A stretch of DNA of 64,000 nt from an uncultured Verrucomicrobiota bacterium (GTDB lineage: Bacteria > Verrucomicrobiota > Verrucomicrobiia > Limisphaerales > UBA9464): the NCBI GenBank assembly GCA_903910585.1, contig CAIWAH010000141.1, forward strand, positions 9,261 to 73,260, given 5' to 3'. Below are positions 37,847 to 47,392 of the stretch, piece by piece (positions within the stretch are counted from its first letter, which is position 1; each line of letters begins with the position of its first letter). The notes below the pieces were generated by a model that was given only the letters and a program-made list of their open reading frames with translations, was not told where the DNA came from and made no database searches. Position numbers and translations under genes: made by a program.

Positions 37847-38455
37847 TCAGCCGTTCAACGCCTCGTAGACCTTGCCCACCATCTTTTCGTTGGGAGCAAG
37901 GGTCTTGGCGCCGGGCTTCCACTTGGCCGGACAGGCTTCCGCCGGGTGGTTGATCAGGTAGGCGTTGGCTTCCATCTTCCGAAGCAGTTCGCCGGCATCG
38001 CGGCCGACGTTGTAGAAGTTGATCTCGGAGCCCACCAGCACGCCGCTCGGGTTGATGATGAAGGTGCCGCGCAACGCCAGCCCGGAGCCCGGATCATACA
38101 CCCCGAACAGTCGGCTGACTGCTCCCGTGGGGTCGGCCGCGAGGGGATATTGGACATTGGCCAGCAGTCTCTCGGAACTGCGCCAGGCAAGGTGGGAGAA
38201 CTTGGTGTCCGTGGAGACGCCCGCGACCGTCGCCCCCAGATTGACCAAGGCCGCATGTTTGTCGGCCAGGTCGGCAAGTTCCGTCGGGCAGACGAAGGTG
38301 AAGTCGGCCGGGTAGAACACCAGGATCGTCCATTTTCCCGCGGCCTTTTGCGCGGCCAGCGAGAGCTTGCCGAACTGCCCGGACGCCGGGTCGTAGGTTT
38401 CCATCTCAAAATCGGGGACAGACTGTCCCACGCGAATTGCACAGGTATCGCTCAT
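37847..38455 (-). CDS. typical 2-Cys peroxiredoxin (AhpC/Prx1 family)
   Basis: FYPADFTFVCPTE peroxidatic Cys motif and resolving Cys in EACPAKW. Start at ATG 38455. Confidence 0.92.
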   Translation of the reverse strand: MSDTCAIRVGQSVPDFEMETYDPASGQFGKLSLAAQKAAGKWTILVFYPADFTFVCPTELADLADKHAALVNLGATVAGVSTDTKFSHLAWRSSERLLANVQYPLAADPTGAVSRLFGVYDPGSGLALRGTFIINPSGVLVGSEINFYNVGRDAGELLRKMEANAYLINHPAEACPAKWKPGAKTLAPNEKMVGKVYEALNG

Positions 38456-38553
38456 AGAGTCAGCCGGGAAGTAACTGCCGGAATGCGGCGGCGCAAGCCG
38501 GGCGTTGCCACAGTCCGGTCGTCGTCTGCCAACACCGTCCGCCACTGCCCATC

Positions 38554-38781
38554 ATGAACGAGAAACCCTACCGCAGCCTCGTCAAGGCCATCTCCTGGCG
38601 CGTGACCGGCACGTGTGACACCATCCTCATCTCCTTCCTGATCACCGGGAAGGTGAGCCATGCGTTCAGCATCGGCTTTGTGGAACTGTTCACCAAAATC
38701 GCCCTGTATTACGCCCACGAACGGATCTGGAACCGTCTCTCGTTCGGCCGGATCAAGGGCAAGGACGACTTCAACATCTGA
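38554..38781 (+). CDS. DUF2061 small membrane protein
   Basis: RSLVKAISWRVTGTCDT..YYAHERIWN matches my recollection of the DUF2061 signature; such genes often sit in sulfur-assimilation clusters. Confidence 0.7.
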   Translation: MNEKPYRSLVKAISWRVTGTCDTILISFLITGKVSHAFSIGFVELFTKIALYYAHERIWNRLSFGRIKGKDDFNI

Positions 38782-38798
38782 AACTGAACCGCTTCTTC

Positions 38799-39464
38799 AT
38801 GACTCCCGAAAAAATCGCCCTGGCCAACGCCGATCTCCGGAACAAGTCCGCCCTCGACATCGTGAAGTGGGGCTTCGCCCAAGCCGGTGGTCGCGCCATC
38901 GTCTCGACCAACTTCCGACCCTACGAGGCCGTCATCTTGCATCTGGTCACGCAGGTGCAGCCCGACATCCCGGTGCTGTGGGTGGACCACGGCTACAACC
39001 GGCCTGCCACCTACAAACACGCCGAGGATCTCAAGGCCCGCTTGAAGCTGAACATCAAGCCCTACCTCCCGAAGCTCACCGCCGCCCACTACGACGCCGT
39101 CTTCGGCGGCATGCCGGAGCCAACGCCGGAGAATGAAGAGCGCATCAAAGCCTTCAGCACCGCGATGAAGCTGGAACCCTTCCAGCGTGGCATGAAGGAA
39201 CTGGCGCCGACCGTCTGGATCACCGCCCTGCGCAAGGTGCAGAACCCGAACCGTGCCGGCCTCGACATCGTTTCGCCCGACGGGAATTTCAATTCCCTCA
39301 AGCTCAGCCCCGTCTTCCACTGGAGCGACGCCGAGATGGAAGCCTACCTCAAGCAGCACAACCTGCCCAACGAGTGGGACTACTTCGACCCCGCCAAGGC
39401 CGACGAGAAGCGCGAGTGCGGCCTGCACGCCGCCTGGGGCGGCAAAGCCGTGGCCCAAGCCTGA
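38799..39464 (+). CDS. cysH: phosphoadenosine phosphosulfate (PAPS/APS) reductase family protein
   Basis: PAPS_reduct fold with C-terminal catalytic ECGLH. This is the only Cys in the protein (no CC..CxxC Fe-S motif). Confidence 0.85.
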   Translation: MTPEKIALANADLRNKSALDIVKWGFAQAGGRAIVSTNFRPYEAVILHLVTQVQPDIPVLWVDHGYNRPATYKHAEDLKARLKLNIKPYLPKLTAAHYDAVFGGMPEPTPENEERIKAFSTAMKLEPFQRGMKELAPTVWITALRKVQNPNRAGLDIVSPDGNFNSLKLSPVFHWSDAEMEAYLKQHNLPNEWDYFDPAKADEKRECGLHAAWGGKAVAQA

Positions 39465-39494
39465 AGTTTCTTTCTCCGGTCAAGAGTCCCCCCC

Positions 39495-40433
39495 ATGAGC
39501 AGCTATCATCTCGATCACCTCCAGTATCTGGAGACCGAAGCGATTCACATCATGCGTGAAGTTGCGGCGGAATTTGAGCGGCCCGCCCTATTGTTCTCCG
39601 GCGGCAAGGATTCCATCTGCCTTCTCCGTCTGGCCGAGAAAGCCTTCCGCCCTTCGGACATTCCGATGCCGTTCCTCAACGTCGAGACCGGCCACGAGTT
39701 TCCCGAGCTGATCGAGTTTCGCGACCGTCGCGCCAAGCAGCTCGGTGCGAAGCTCATCGTCCGCTCCGTGGACGAGGGCATCGCCAAGGGCTTCGTCACG
39801 CCCACGCCCGGCCAGATCAGCCGCAACCAGCTCCAGATCCCCGTCCTGCTGAACGCCATCGAGGAGTTCCGCTTCGACTGCGCCATCGGCGGCGCCCGGC
39901 GCGACGAGGAGAAAGCCCGCGCCAAGGAACGCTTCTTCAGCTTCCGCGACGCCTTCGGCCAATGGGACCCGAAGAACCAGCGTCCCGAGATCTGGAACCT
40001 CTACAACGCGCGCCTGAACCAGGGCGAAAACATGCGCGTCTTCCCGCTCTCCAATTGGACCGAGATGGACGTCTGGGAATACATCCGGCAGGAGAAGCTG
40101 GAGGTGCCCAACATCTATTTCAGCCACACCCGCGACGTCTTCCGCCGCGCCGGCCAATGGCTGCCCGTGCCCCCGCCGCACACCGATTCGACCAAGCCCG
40201 ATCCCTTCGCCGGCGGCCGTCCGAAGCCGAACGAGCCGATCCAGTCGATGGTCTGCCGCGTCCGCACCATCGCCGACATGATCAGCACCGGCATGATCGA
40301 CAGCCCGGCGACGACCGTGGACGACATCATCGGCGAAGTCGCCGCCGCCCGCGTCACCGAACGCGGCACCCGCGCCGACGACAGGGCGAGCGAAGCCGCG
40401 ATGGAAGACCGCAAAAAGGCTGGGTATTTCTGA
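39495..40433 (+). CDS. cysD: sulfate adenylyltransferase subunit 2
   Basis: LLFSGGKDSICLLRLA PP-loop, ..GGARRDEEKARAKERFFSFRD.., WNLYN; canonical CysD. Confidence 0.95.
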   Translation: MSSYHLDHLQYLETEAIHIMREVAAEFERPALLFSGGKDSICLLRLAEKAFRPSDIPMPFLNVETGHEFPELIEFRDRRAKQLGAKLIVRSVDEGIAKGFVTPTPGQISRNQLQIPVLLNAIEEFRFDCAIGGARRDEEKARAKERFFSFRDAFGQWDPKNQRPEIWNLYNARLNQGENMRVFPLSNWTEMDVWEYIRQEKLEVPNIYFSHTRDVFRRAGQWLPVPPPHTDSTKPDPFAGGRPKPNEPIQSMVCRVRTIADMISTGMIDSPATTVDDIIGEVAAARVTERGTRADDRASEAAMEDRKKAGYF

Positions 40434-40483
40434 GCTAAAGCCTACTTACCGTGATTCGATCGCAGATCCTGCGTTTCTGCTCT

Positions 40484-40963
40484 ATGACCAACTTGCGCTT
40501 CAACGTCCGAGCCAAAACCAAGAAAGCGGACATTGCCATGATCGCGAGGTTCGAGGCATTGATCGGCTGCCGGTTGCCTCCCGAGTATTCTGCCTTCCTG
40601 CAGGCTCAAAACGGGGGGGAACCGCGGCCGAGAGAATATGTTCGTGTTTCCGACGGGGAAAAGAGCGCGGTTGATTTTTTCTATCACTTGGGAAGCGGAA
40701 TCTGGTCGCTCCAGTCTATCGCAAGATTAAGTTGGAGGGAGAAGACCGTTCCAAAGGATTTCCTGCCGATCGCGCGTGACTTTTTTGGCGGAGATATCTG
40801 TATGCCGCTTAGTGGCATTGAAGTCGGGAGAGTCAGATATTGTCCGGATGACTTGGGTTTGCTCGAATTCGGAACGGATGGGTTCCCGGCTGAATCGTCC
40901 ACAGTGTTGATTGCCAACTCGCTGAATGGCTTTTTGGAAAGCTTCCACGAACTCGACGGCTAA
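40484..40963 (+). CDS. SMI1/KNR4 (SUKH-1) family immunity-like protein
   Basis: IARFEALIGCRLPPEYSAFLQAQNGG.. and ..FLPIARDFFGGDICM.. are typical SUKH-1 blocks. About 50% GC in hand-counted lines. The track ORF starts at 40451; ATG 40484 is preferred. Confidence 0.75.
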   Translation: MTNLRFNVRAKTKKADIAMIARFEALIGCRLPPEYSAFLQAQNGGEPRPREYVRVSDGEKSAVDFFYHLGSGIWSLQSIARLSWREKTVPKDFLPIARDFFGGDICMPLSGIEVGRVRYCPDDLGLLEFGTDGFPAESSTVLIANSLNGFLESFHELDG

Positions 40964-40994
40964 GGTTGCACTGAGACCAATCGTGGACATCGCG

Positions 40995-41231
40995 ATGAAC
41001 CCCGAATTCCAGCCCTTGGCTGACTCGCTCTACTGGGAGCGCGTTGAGCGAGCTCGTCGGCTGACGCCGGAGCAGCGGCTCATGGCCGGGCCGGAGCTGT
41101 TCGACTACGCCTGCACCATCACCCTGTCCGCGCTCCGTGAGCAGATGCCCGAGGCCAGTGAAGCCCAGTTGCTGGAAGCGTTGCGTCGTCGCTTGGCGGT
41201 GAAGCGCAACGTGGAGGACATCGCCGCCTAA
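40995..41231 (+). CDS. small hypothetical helical protein
   Basis: 78-aa ORF from ATG 40995 (MNPEFQPLADSLYWERVERARRLTPEQRLMAGPELF..). No family name recalled. Confidence 0.45.
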   Translation: MNPEFQPLADSLYWERVERARRLTPEQRLMAGPELFDYACTITLSALREQMPEASEAQLLEALRRRLAVKRNVEDIAA

Positions 41232-41277
41232 AGCGGCGGGCTTGAGATTCATGTGATGTCAGCGCACCATCCATCGT

Positions 41278-41478
41278 GTGATCGACCCCGAGGACATCGT
41301 TTCAGCCGAGCAGGCTGCGTGGTATCGGCTCACGCCCTTGGAGCGTCTGCGCGAGACGGAGAAGCTATGGGCGCACTACCTGTCGATCGGAGGTGAACTT
41401 GATCCCGAACCTGATCCCCAAAGTCCGTTCTTCGATCCCGCTGATCCGTATCTGCGATCAAGCGGAACGCCCTGCTAA
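41278..41478 (+). CDS. small hypothetical protein
   Basis: 66-aa ORF, GTG start (..EQAAWYRLTPLERLRETEKLWAHYLSIGGELDPEPDPQSPFFD..). No family name recalled. Confidence 0.4.
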   Translation: MIDPEDIVSAEQAAWYRLTPLERLRETEKLWAHYLSIGGELDPEPDPQSPFFDPADPYLRSSGTPC

Positions 41479-41558
41479 GTTTCCTCCGAAGTTTTCCGTT
41501 ACCCACGAGTGGCAGGCAACGGAGTGCGTTCCAATTTTCCTCAGCTAGACGATTTCCC

Positions 41559-42875
41559 ATGTCCGCCAATCACCCCATCGAACTCCTCCGATTCAACACC
41601 TGCGGCAGCGTTGACGACGGCAAGTCCACGCTCATCGGCCGGCTCCTCTACGACTCCAAGTCGATCATGGAGGACCAGATGGAGGCGCTGGAGCGTTCCG
41701 CCGACATCACCGGCGGCGGCCAGATCAACCTGGCCAACCTGACCGACGGCCTCCGCGCCGAACGCGAGCAGGGCATCACCATCGACGTCGCCTACCGCTA
41801 CTTCGCCACCCCGCGCCGGAAGTTCATCGTCGCGGACACCCCGGGGCACGTGCAATACACCCGCAACATGGTCACGGGCGCCTCCACGGCGAACCTCTCC
41901 ATCGTGTTGGTGGACGCCCGCATGGGCGTGATCGAGCAGACCCGCCGCCACACCTACATCGCCGCGCTGCTGGGCATTCCCCATCTCGTCATCGCGGTGA
42001 ACAAGATGGACCTCGTGGACTGGAGCGAGGCCCGCTTCACGGAAATCCGCGACGAGATCGAAGGCTTCCTGCCGAAGCTGTCGTCGTTCAAGGATGTGAA
42101 GTTCATCCCCATCAGCGCGCTCAACGGCGACAATGTCGTGGAGCCGTCCAAGCACACGCCGTGGTATGTCGGGCCTTCACTGCTGGGGCATCTGGAGACT
42201 GTCCATATCGCCAGCGACTGGAACCTGAGCGCGCTGCGTTTCCCGGTGCAGTGGGTGAACCGGCCGAACAACCCGACCAACAAGGAATTGCACGACTTCC
42301 GCGGGCTGAGCGGCCAAATTGCGAGCGGTATCGTGAAGGTGGGGCAAAAGGTCATGGTGCTGCCGAGCGGCATGAAGAGCACGGTGAAGGAGATCTGGAC
42401 CTTCGACGGCTCGCTGCCAGAAGCCTTCTGCCCGCAGAGCGTCACGCTCCAGCTCGCCCATGACTTGGACATCAGCCGGGGCGACATGATCGTGGGACTC
42501 GAGGGATTGCCCGGCATGGGCACTGACCTCCACGCGCGCGTATCCTGGATGAACCAGCGTCCGCTCCAGCGCGGAAAGAAATACTTCCTCAAACACAGCA
42601 CCCAGACCGTCCAGGCGATGGTGACCGCGCTGGAAAGCCGGATCGACATCCAGACCTACGACGAGCTGCCCGAGCCGGCGGAACTCGCGATGAACGACAT
42701 CGGGGTGATCCGCCTGAAAACCGCCAAGCCCCTCATCTACGACGGTTACGGCATCAACCGGCTGACCGGCGCGTTCATCCTCGTCGAGCAGGGCACCAAC
42801 GCGACGATCGCGGCCGGCATGCTGTATCCCGCCCTGGAAGCGGTGAAGCCCGAGTATAACGACTTCGCGATCTGA
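41559..42875 (+). CDS. cysN: sulfate adenylyltransferase subunit 1 (GTPase), no fused APS kinase domain
   Basis: CGSVDDGKSTLIGRLL, DTPGH, NKMD. At 438 aa it lacks a CysC domain. Confidence 0.95.
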   Translation: MSANHPIELLRFNTCGSVDDGKSTLIGRLLYDSKSIMEDQMEALERSADITGGGQINLANLTDGLRAEREQGITIDVAYRYFATPRRKFIVADTPGHVQYTRNMVTGASTANLSIVLVDARMGVIEQTRRHTYIAALLGIPHLVIAVNKMDLVDWSEARFTEIRDEIEGFLPKLSSFKDVKFIPISALNGDNVVEPSKHTPWYVGPSLLGHLETVHIASDWNLSALRFPVQWVNRPNNPTNKELHDFRGLSGQIASGIVKVGQKVMVLPSGMKSTVKEIWTFDGSLPEAFCPQSVTLQLAHDLDISRGDMIVGLEGLPGMGTDLHARVSWMNQRPLQRGKKYFLKHSTQTVQAMVTALESRIDIQTYDELPEPAELAMNDIGVIRLKTAKPLIYDGYGINRLTGAFILVEQGTNATIAAGMLYPALEAVKPEYNDFAI

Positions 42876-43016
42876 TGGCAGTCGTCAACGGCGGCGTCCG
42901 AATGGATACTCCGGCCGGGAAATGAAGGCTAGACACCGGAGAGGGCTCACCTTAGCTTCTGTGCCTCGATAAACGGAAATACGGGGCGGTGAAGTGCTGC
43001 CCGACACCGAATCAAC

Positions 43017-43274
43017 ATGGTCAACAAAGCTAAAGTAATCACCGAGAACCGCACTCACGACAAGGACACGGGATCACCCGAGGTCCAAATTGCGCTTCTC
43101 ACCAACCGCATCAACAGCCTTTCGGAACACCTTGCCAAGAACAACAAGGACCACGCCTCGCGGCGCGGCCTGCTGATTATGGTGAGCAAACGCCGCCGCC
43201 TGCAGCAGTATTTGCAGCGCACCGATGGGGAACGCTATCAGGCGCTCATCAAGCGGCTCGGTCTCCGCAAGTAA
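43017..43274 (+). CDS. rpsO: 30S ribosomal protein S15
   Basis: [45 protein letters not shown]. Confidence 0.95.
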   Translation: MVNKAKVITENRTHDKDTGSPEVQIALLTNRINSLSEHLAKNNKDHASRRGLLIMVSKRRRLQQYLQRTDGERYQALIKRLGLRK

Positions 43275-43284
43275 GCTTTCTGCC

Positions 43285-43307
43285 ACGCCGGGCCTCGCGC
43301 CCGGCGT
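43285..43307 (+). terminator. stem-loop after rpsO (terminator/attenuator or processing hairpin)
   Basis: Perfect 9-bp stem acgccgggc/gcccggcgt, 10 nt after the rpsO stop. Only a weak T-tract follows, so partial read-through into pnp is plausible. Confidence 0.4.
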
Positions 43308-43558
43308 CGCATTTCGGCCGGAGCGGAATTCGAGATGGGCCTTCGCCCATTGAAGAAGTCCGCGACGCCTTCCAAAGGACGCAACAGGGTGTCCCCGGCC
43401 GAATCCGAAACAGATCCGTTGCGTCCGCAACATAATCGCTTCGCCCGCCTCCGGGTGATTTCACTCAGCGACCCCGCGCTGCCGCGGTCTGTTTCTCAGG
43501 CCGCATTTCGGGGTGTTTGACTGAAGTTCCTCGTGGGGTGGGCGGGCAAATACCGCAC

Positions 43559-46255
43559 ATGCCAGAACAAGTAACCGTCAATGTTGGCGGCCAGGACATC
43601 ATCATTGAATCCGGCCGCTATGCCCGTCAGGCCGACGGGTCCGTCACCGTCCAACTGGGCGAAACCGTCATCCTCACCGCCGCCGTCGGTGCCTCCAAGG
43701 CCAAGGAAGGCCAGGAATTCTTTCCTCTCACGGTCGACTATCGTGAACGCGCTTCCGCCGCGGGCAAATTCCCCGGTGGCTACTTCAAACGCGAAGGCCG
43801 GCCAACCGAGAAGGAAATCCTCACCAGCCGTCTGACTGACCGCCCCATCCGGCCGCTCTTTCCGAAGGGTTGGTATAACGAGGTGCAGGTGCAGACGATC
43901 CTGCTTTCGACCGACGGACAGAATGATCCCGACATCCTGAGCATCGTCGGCGCTTCGGCGGCGCTGATGGTTTCCGACATTCCTTTCGACGGTCCCATCG
44001 GCGCGGTTCGCGTCGGCCGGGTGAACGGCGAGTTTGTCGCCAACCCCACCCACGAACAGCAGGCCGAGTCCGACCTCGACCTTGTTTATGTGGGCAACGC
44101 CACCGACGTCGTGATGTATGAAGGCGCCGCCGACGAGATCAGCGAAGCCGACTTCATCAAGGCGCTCGAATTCGGCCAGCAGGCCATCCAACCCCTGATC
44201 ACGGCGCAGAAGGAATTGGCCGCGAAGATCGGCAAGCCCAAGCGCCAGATCACGGTCAAGGTCGTGCCCGAGGAGATCCTCGCCGAGGCCAAGGCCCTGG
44301 CTGGCGACCGGATCGTGCCGGCGCTGCTGACGGTCCAGAAGCTGGCCCGCGAAGCCGCTGTCAACGCCGTGTTCGCCGACGTCGGCACGAAGCTGGTGGA
44401 AAAGTTCGGCGCTGAAAAGGTGACCGCCTTCGTCCTCAAGGACATCCAGTATTACCTCCAGAAGGAAGCGGTCCGCGCGCTGATCCTCGACCACAGCAAA
44501 CGCCTTGATGGTCGATCTTTCGATGCCATCCGGCCGCTGAACAGCACCGTCGGCTTCCTGCCCCGGACGCATGGTTCCGCCATGTTCCAGCGCGGCGAAA
44601 CTCAGTCTGTCTGCGTCGCGACGCTCGGCACCAGCGACGACATCCAGGAGTTCGACGCCTACACCGGTGGCGAGACCAAGAAACAGTTCATCCTGCACTA
44701 CAACTTCCCGAACTTCTCGGTGGGCGAAACCGGCCGGATCATGGGCCCGGGCCGCCGCGAGATCGGCCACGGCGCCCTCGCCGAACGCAGCGTGCGTCCG
44801 GTGGTGCCGAGCGACGACTATCCTTACGCGATCCGCGTGGTGTCCGAGATCCTCGAGTCCAACGGCTCCAGCTCGATGGCCTCGATCTGCGGTGCGACCC
44901 TCGCGCTGATGGACGCCGGTGTGCCCCTGAAACGGCCCGTGTCCGGCATCTCCATCGGCATCTGCACCGAATACGGTGCCGACGACCAGATCAGCCGCTA
45001 CCAGCTCCTGACTGACATCATCGGCTGGGAAGACGCGTTCTGCGATATGGATTGCAAGATCGCGGGCACCGCCAACGGCATCACGGGCTTCCAGCTCGAC
45101 CTGAAGCTGCGAGGGCTGCCGCTCCCGATCATGGCCGAGGCGATTGAGAAGGCCCGCATTGCGCGCCTCGAAATCCTTGTGCACATGGCCGCGACGATTG
45201 CCGAGCCGCGCGCCGACATCTCCAAGTATGCGCCGCGCATCCTCGTCCTGAAGATCAACCCCGAGAAGATCGGTGCGTTGATCGGGCCGGGCGGCAAGAA
45301 CATCAAGCGCCTCGTGGACGAGTCGGGCTGCGAAATCGACATCGAGGACGATGGCACGGTGAAAATCTTCTCCGTCACGCCCGAGGGCATGGAAATTGCC
45401 CGTAAGGAAGTCGAGGGACTCAGCGCCGAGATCGAACTCGACAAGATATACCAAGGCCGCGTCGTCACGATCAAAGAGTTCGGCGCTTTCGTTGAAGTCT
45501 TCCCGGGACAGGATGGCCTGGTCCACGTCAGCGAACTCAGCGACAAGCGTGTCGCCCGGGTCGAAGACGTGGTGAAGATGGGTGACTCCATCTGGGTGAA
45601 GTGCATCGGCGTGGACGAGAAGGGCCGCGTGAAGCTCAGCCGCAAGGCGGCGATGATTGAGCGCGGCGAGATGGTGGCGACGCTTTCCGAAGCCGGGAGC
45701 GATGAGGCTCCTGCCGAGCGTCCGGAACGTGCCGACCGTGGTGAGCGTCGGGATCGGGGGGAGCGACGTGGTCGGGGAGAACGTGGCGATCGTGGCGAGC
45801 GTTCTGATCGCGGTGACCGCGGTGAGCGGTCGGAACGGCCTCCTCGCGCCGAGGGCGACGACAAGCCGAAGAACAAGCGGGAAGGTTCTCCCGAAGACAA
45901 GGCCCGTGCCGCCTCCGCCGCTGAACCCGGAAAGATCTATCGGGCCAAGGTTGTTTCGATCAAAGACTTCGGGGCGTTCGTTGAGTTCTCGCCCGGAGCC
46001 GAGGGGCTCGTCCATGTCAGCGAATTGGCCAACTTCCGGGTCAAGAAGGTCGAGGACATCGTCCGCTTGGGCGATGAGATCACCGTGAAGTGCCTCGGTG
46101 TGGACGAAAAGGGCCGCGTCCGCTTGAGCCGCAAGGCGGCCTCGGAAGAACGCGAGGCGCAGGAAAACGGCGGTCCGGCTCCGGCCGAATCCGCCGCTCC
46201 CGCGGCTGAAGCGCCGGCTCCGGACGCCGCTGTCGGTGAGGCACCGCAGGCATAA
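43559..46255 (+). CDS. pnp: polynucleotide phosphorylase with duplicated C-terminal S1 domain
   Basis: Two RNase PH cores ([16 protein letters not shown].., [12 protein letters not shown]), KH ([12 protein letters not shown]), an S1 domain, an Arg/Glu/Asp-rich repeat linker and a second S1 domain. Start at ATG 43559. Confidence 0.93.
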   Translation: MPEQVTVNVGGQDIIIESGRYARQADGSVTVQLGETVILTAAVGASKAKEGQEFFPLTVDYRERASAAGKFPGGYFKREGRPTEKEILTSRLTDRPIRPLFPKGWYNEVQVQTILLSTDGQNDPDILSIVGASAALMVSDIPFDGPIGAVRVGRVNGEFVANPTHEQQAESDLDLVYVGNATDVVMYEGAADEISEADFIKALEFGQQAIQPLITAQKELAAKIGKPKRQITVKVVPEEILAEAKALAGDRIVPALLTVQKLAREAAVNAVFADVGTKLVEKFGAEKVTAFVLKDIQYYLQKEAVRALILDHSKRLDGRSFDAIRPLNSTVGFLPRTHGSAMFQRGETQSVCVATLGTSDDIQEFDAYTGGETKKQFILHYNFPNFSVGETGRIMGPGRREIGHGALAERSVRPVVPSDDYPYAIRVVSEILESNGSSSMASICGATLALMDAGVPLKRPVSGISIGICTEYGADDQISRYQLLTDIIGWEDAFCDMDCKIAGTANGITGFQLDLKLRGLPLPIMAEAIEKARIARLEILVHMAATIAEPRADISKYAPRILVLKINPEKIGALIGPGGKNIKRLVDESGCEIDIEDDGTVKIFSVTPEGMEIARKEVEGLSAEIELDKIYQGRVVTIKEFGAFVEVFPGQDGLVHVSELSDKRVARVEDVVKMGDSIWVKCIGVDEKGRVKLSRKAAMIERGEMVATLSEAGSDEAPAERPERADRGERRDRGERRGRGERGDRGERSDRGDRGERSERPPRAEGDDKPKNKREGSPEDKARAASAAEPGKIYRAKVVSIKDFGAFVEFSPGAEGLVHVSELANFRVKKVEDIVRLGDEITVKCLGVDEKGRVRLSRKAASEEREAQENGGPAPAESAAPAAEAPAPDAAVGEAPQA

Positions 46256-46276
46256 CCGGGTGATTCACTGAAAACG

Positions 46277-46307
46277 AAAAACGGCGGGCGCTACGCCCGC
46301 CGTTTTT
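46277..46307. terminator. bidirectional rho-independent terminator between pnp and the polyprenyl synthase gene
   Basis: AAAAA-cggcgggc-gctac-gcccgccg-TTTTT; the perfect stem is flanked by A and T runs. Confidence 0.85.
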
Positions 46308-46325
46308 GCTTTTGTGAGTCGCGTC

Positions 46326-47231
46326 TTACCGGTCGCGTTCCAGCAGATATTTCGCGAGCGCTTCCAGCGCGACCGCCCGTCCTTTGAAAGGCTTCAGGGC
46401 AGCGAAGGCTTTGTCGGTGAGTTCCCGGGCGATCCTCTTGGACTTTTCCAGACCAACGAGGCGGGGATAGGTCGCCTTCTGGGTCGCGACATCTTTGCCG
46501 GCGGTCTTGCCCAAGGTCTCGCTGGTCTGGGTCACATCCAGAATGTCGTCAATCACCTGGAACGCTAGCCCGACATGGTAGCCGAAATCCGTAAGCGCCT
46601 TGAGTTGGGCTGGCGTGCAGTTGGCGCTCATGCCGCCCAGACGGACGGAGCAGCAAAGGAGGGCGCTGGTCTTCCGCTCATGGATGTAACGGAGCTGGGG
46701 GACGGACAGCCCCTTGCCCTCTCCCTCGAGATCCGCAACCTGTCCGGCGATCAGCTGCAACGACCCCGAAGCGACCGCCAAATCCAAGATCACCGCGCGC
46801 AGATCGTAGCGCGGCCAGGTCCGGCACTGGGCCGCAATTTCGAACGCCTGGGTCAGCAGGGCGTCACCGGCCAGCACGGCGATGCCTTCGCCAAACACCT
46901 TGTGATTGGTCGGCTTCCCGCGGCGGAAGTCGTCGTTGTCCATCGCCGGCAAGTCGTCGTGGATCAGCGAATAGGTGTGGATGCACTCGACGGCGCATGC
47001 GAGGGGCATCGCCTCGTCCGCCTTCCCTCCGCAGGCTTCGGCCGCGGCGAGCACCAAGGCCGGTCGCATGCGTTTGCCGCCGGCGAACAGCGAGTAGCGC
47101 ATCGCCTTGTGGATGGTCGCAGGCTTTGCGGAAGGTTTTGGCAGGAACATGTCCAAGGCGCGGTCCACGGCCTTGGCCTGGGCATTGACCCATACTGACA
47201 GATCGAACGGGGCGGATTTCTTGGCTGGCAT
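46326..47231 (-). CDS. polyprenyl diphosphate synthase (FPP/GGPP synthase, IspA-like)
   Basis: First and second Asp-rich motifs LIHDDLPAMDNDDFRRG and FQVIDDILD. Start at ATG 47231. Confidence 0.9.
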   Translation of the reverse strand: MPAKKSAPFDLSVWVNAQAKAVDRALDMFLPKPSAKPATIHKAMRYSLFAGGKRMRPALVLAAAEACGGKADEAMPLACAVECIHTYSLIHDDLPAMDNDDFRRGKPTNHKVFGEGIAVLAGDALLTQAFEIAAQCRTWPRYDLRAVILDLAVASGSLQLIAGQVADLEGEGKGLSVPQLRYIHERKTSALLCCSVRLGGMSANCTPAQLKALTDFGYHVGLAFQVIDDILDVTQTSETLGKTAGKDVATQKATYPRLVGLEKSKRIARELTDKAFAALKPFKGRAVALEALAKYLLERDR

Positions 47232-47392
47232 CTCGGGGCGTGTTTCTAGCGGCAAGCCGGCGGGAAGCTCAAAGCCCAAAGTGATCAAAGAAGAGAATTT
47301 GGGCGCTTCAACGCGCTGGCGGACGACGTTTTCCAAGTTGGCACTTGCTCGCCGCCGACGGGCGCACTAGAGGGATCGCTGGAGTTTGGAAG

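Noticed and set aside
40434-41558. The island as a discrete mobile element.
   Set aside because: No integrase, transposase, terminal inverted repeats or convincing direct repeats are present. The two junctions share only a weak agcta similarity.
45690-45900. DRGER-encoding DNA repeats as an independent repeat locus or separate gene.
   Set aside because: The tract is in frame with pnp on both sides and is flanked by two S1 domains, so it is best read as a low-complexity linker.
43496-46015. 839-aa ORF antisense to pnp. Similar long antisense or off-frame ORFs occur at 57491-59842, 17235-18902, 34280-35899, 49917-51680, 60897-62339, 26458-28590, 6207-7658, 10864-12603 and 11481-13028.
   Set aside because: Typical high-GC artefacts. 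The translations are dominated by R/G/A/P/H/D with no recognisable motifs, and each overlaps a gene with strong family signatures in another frame.
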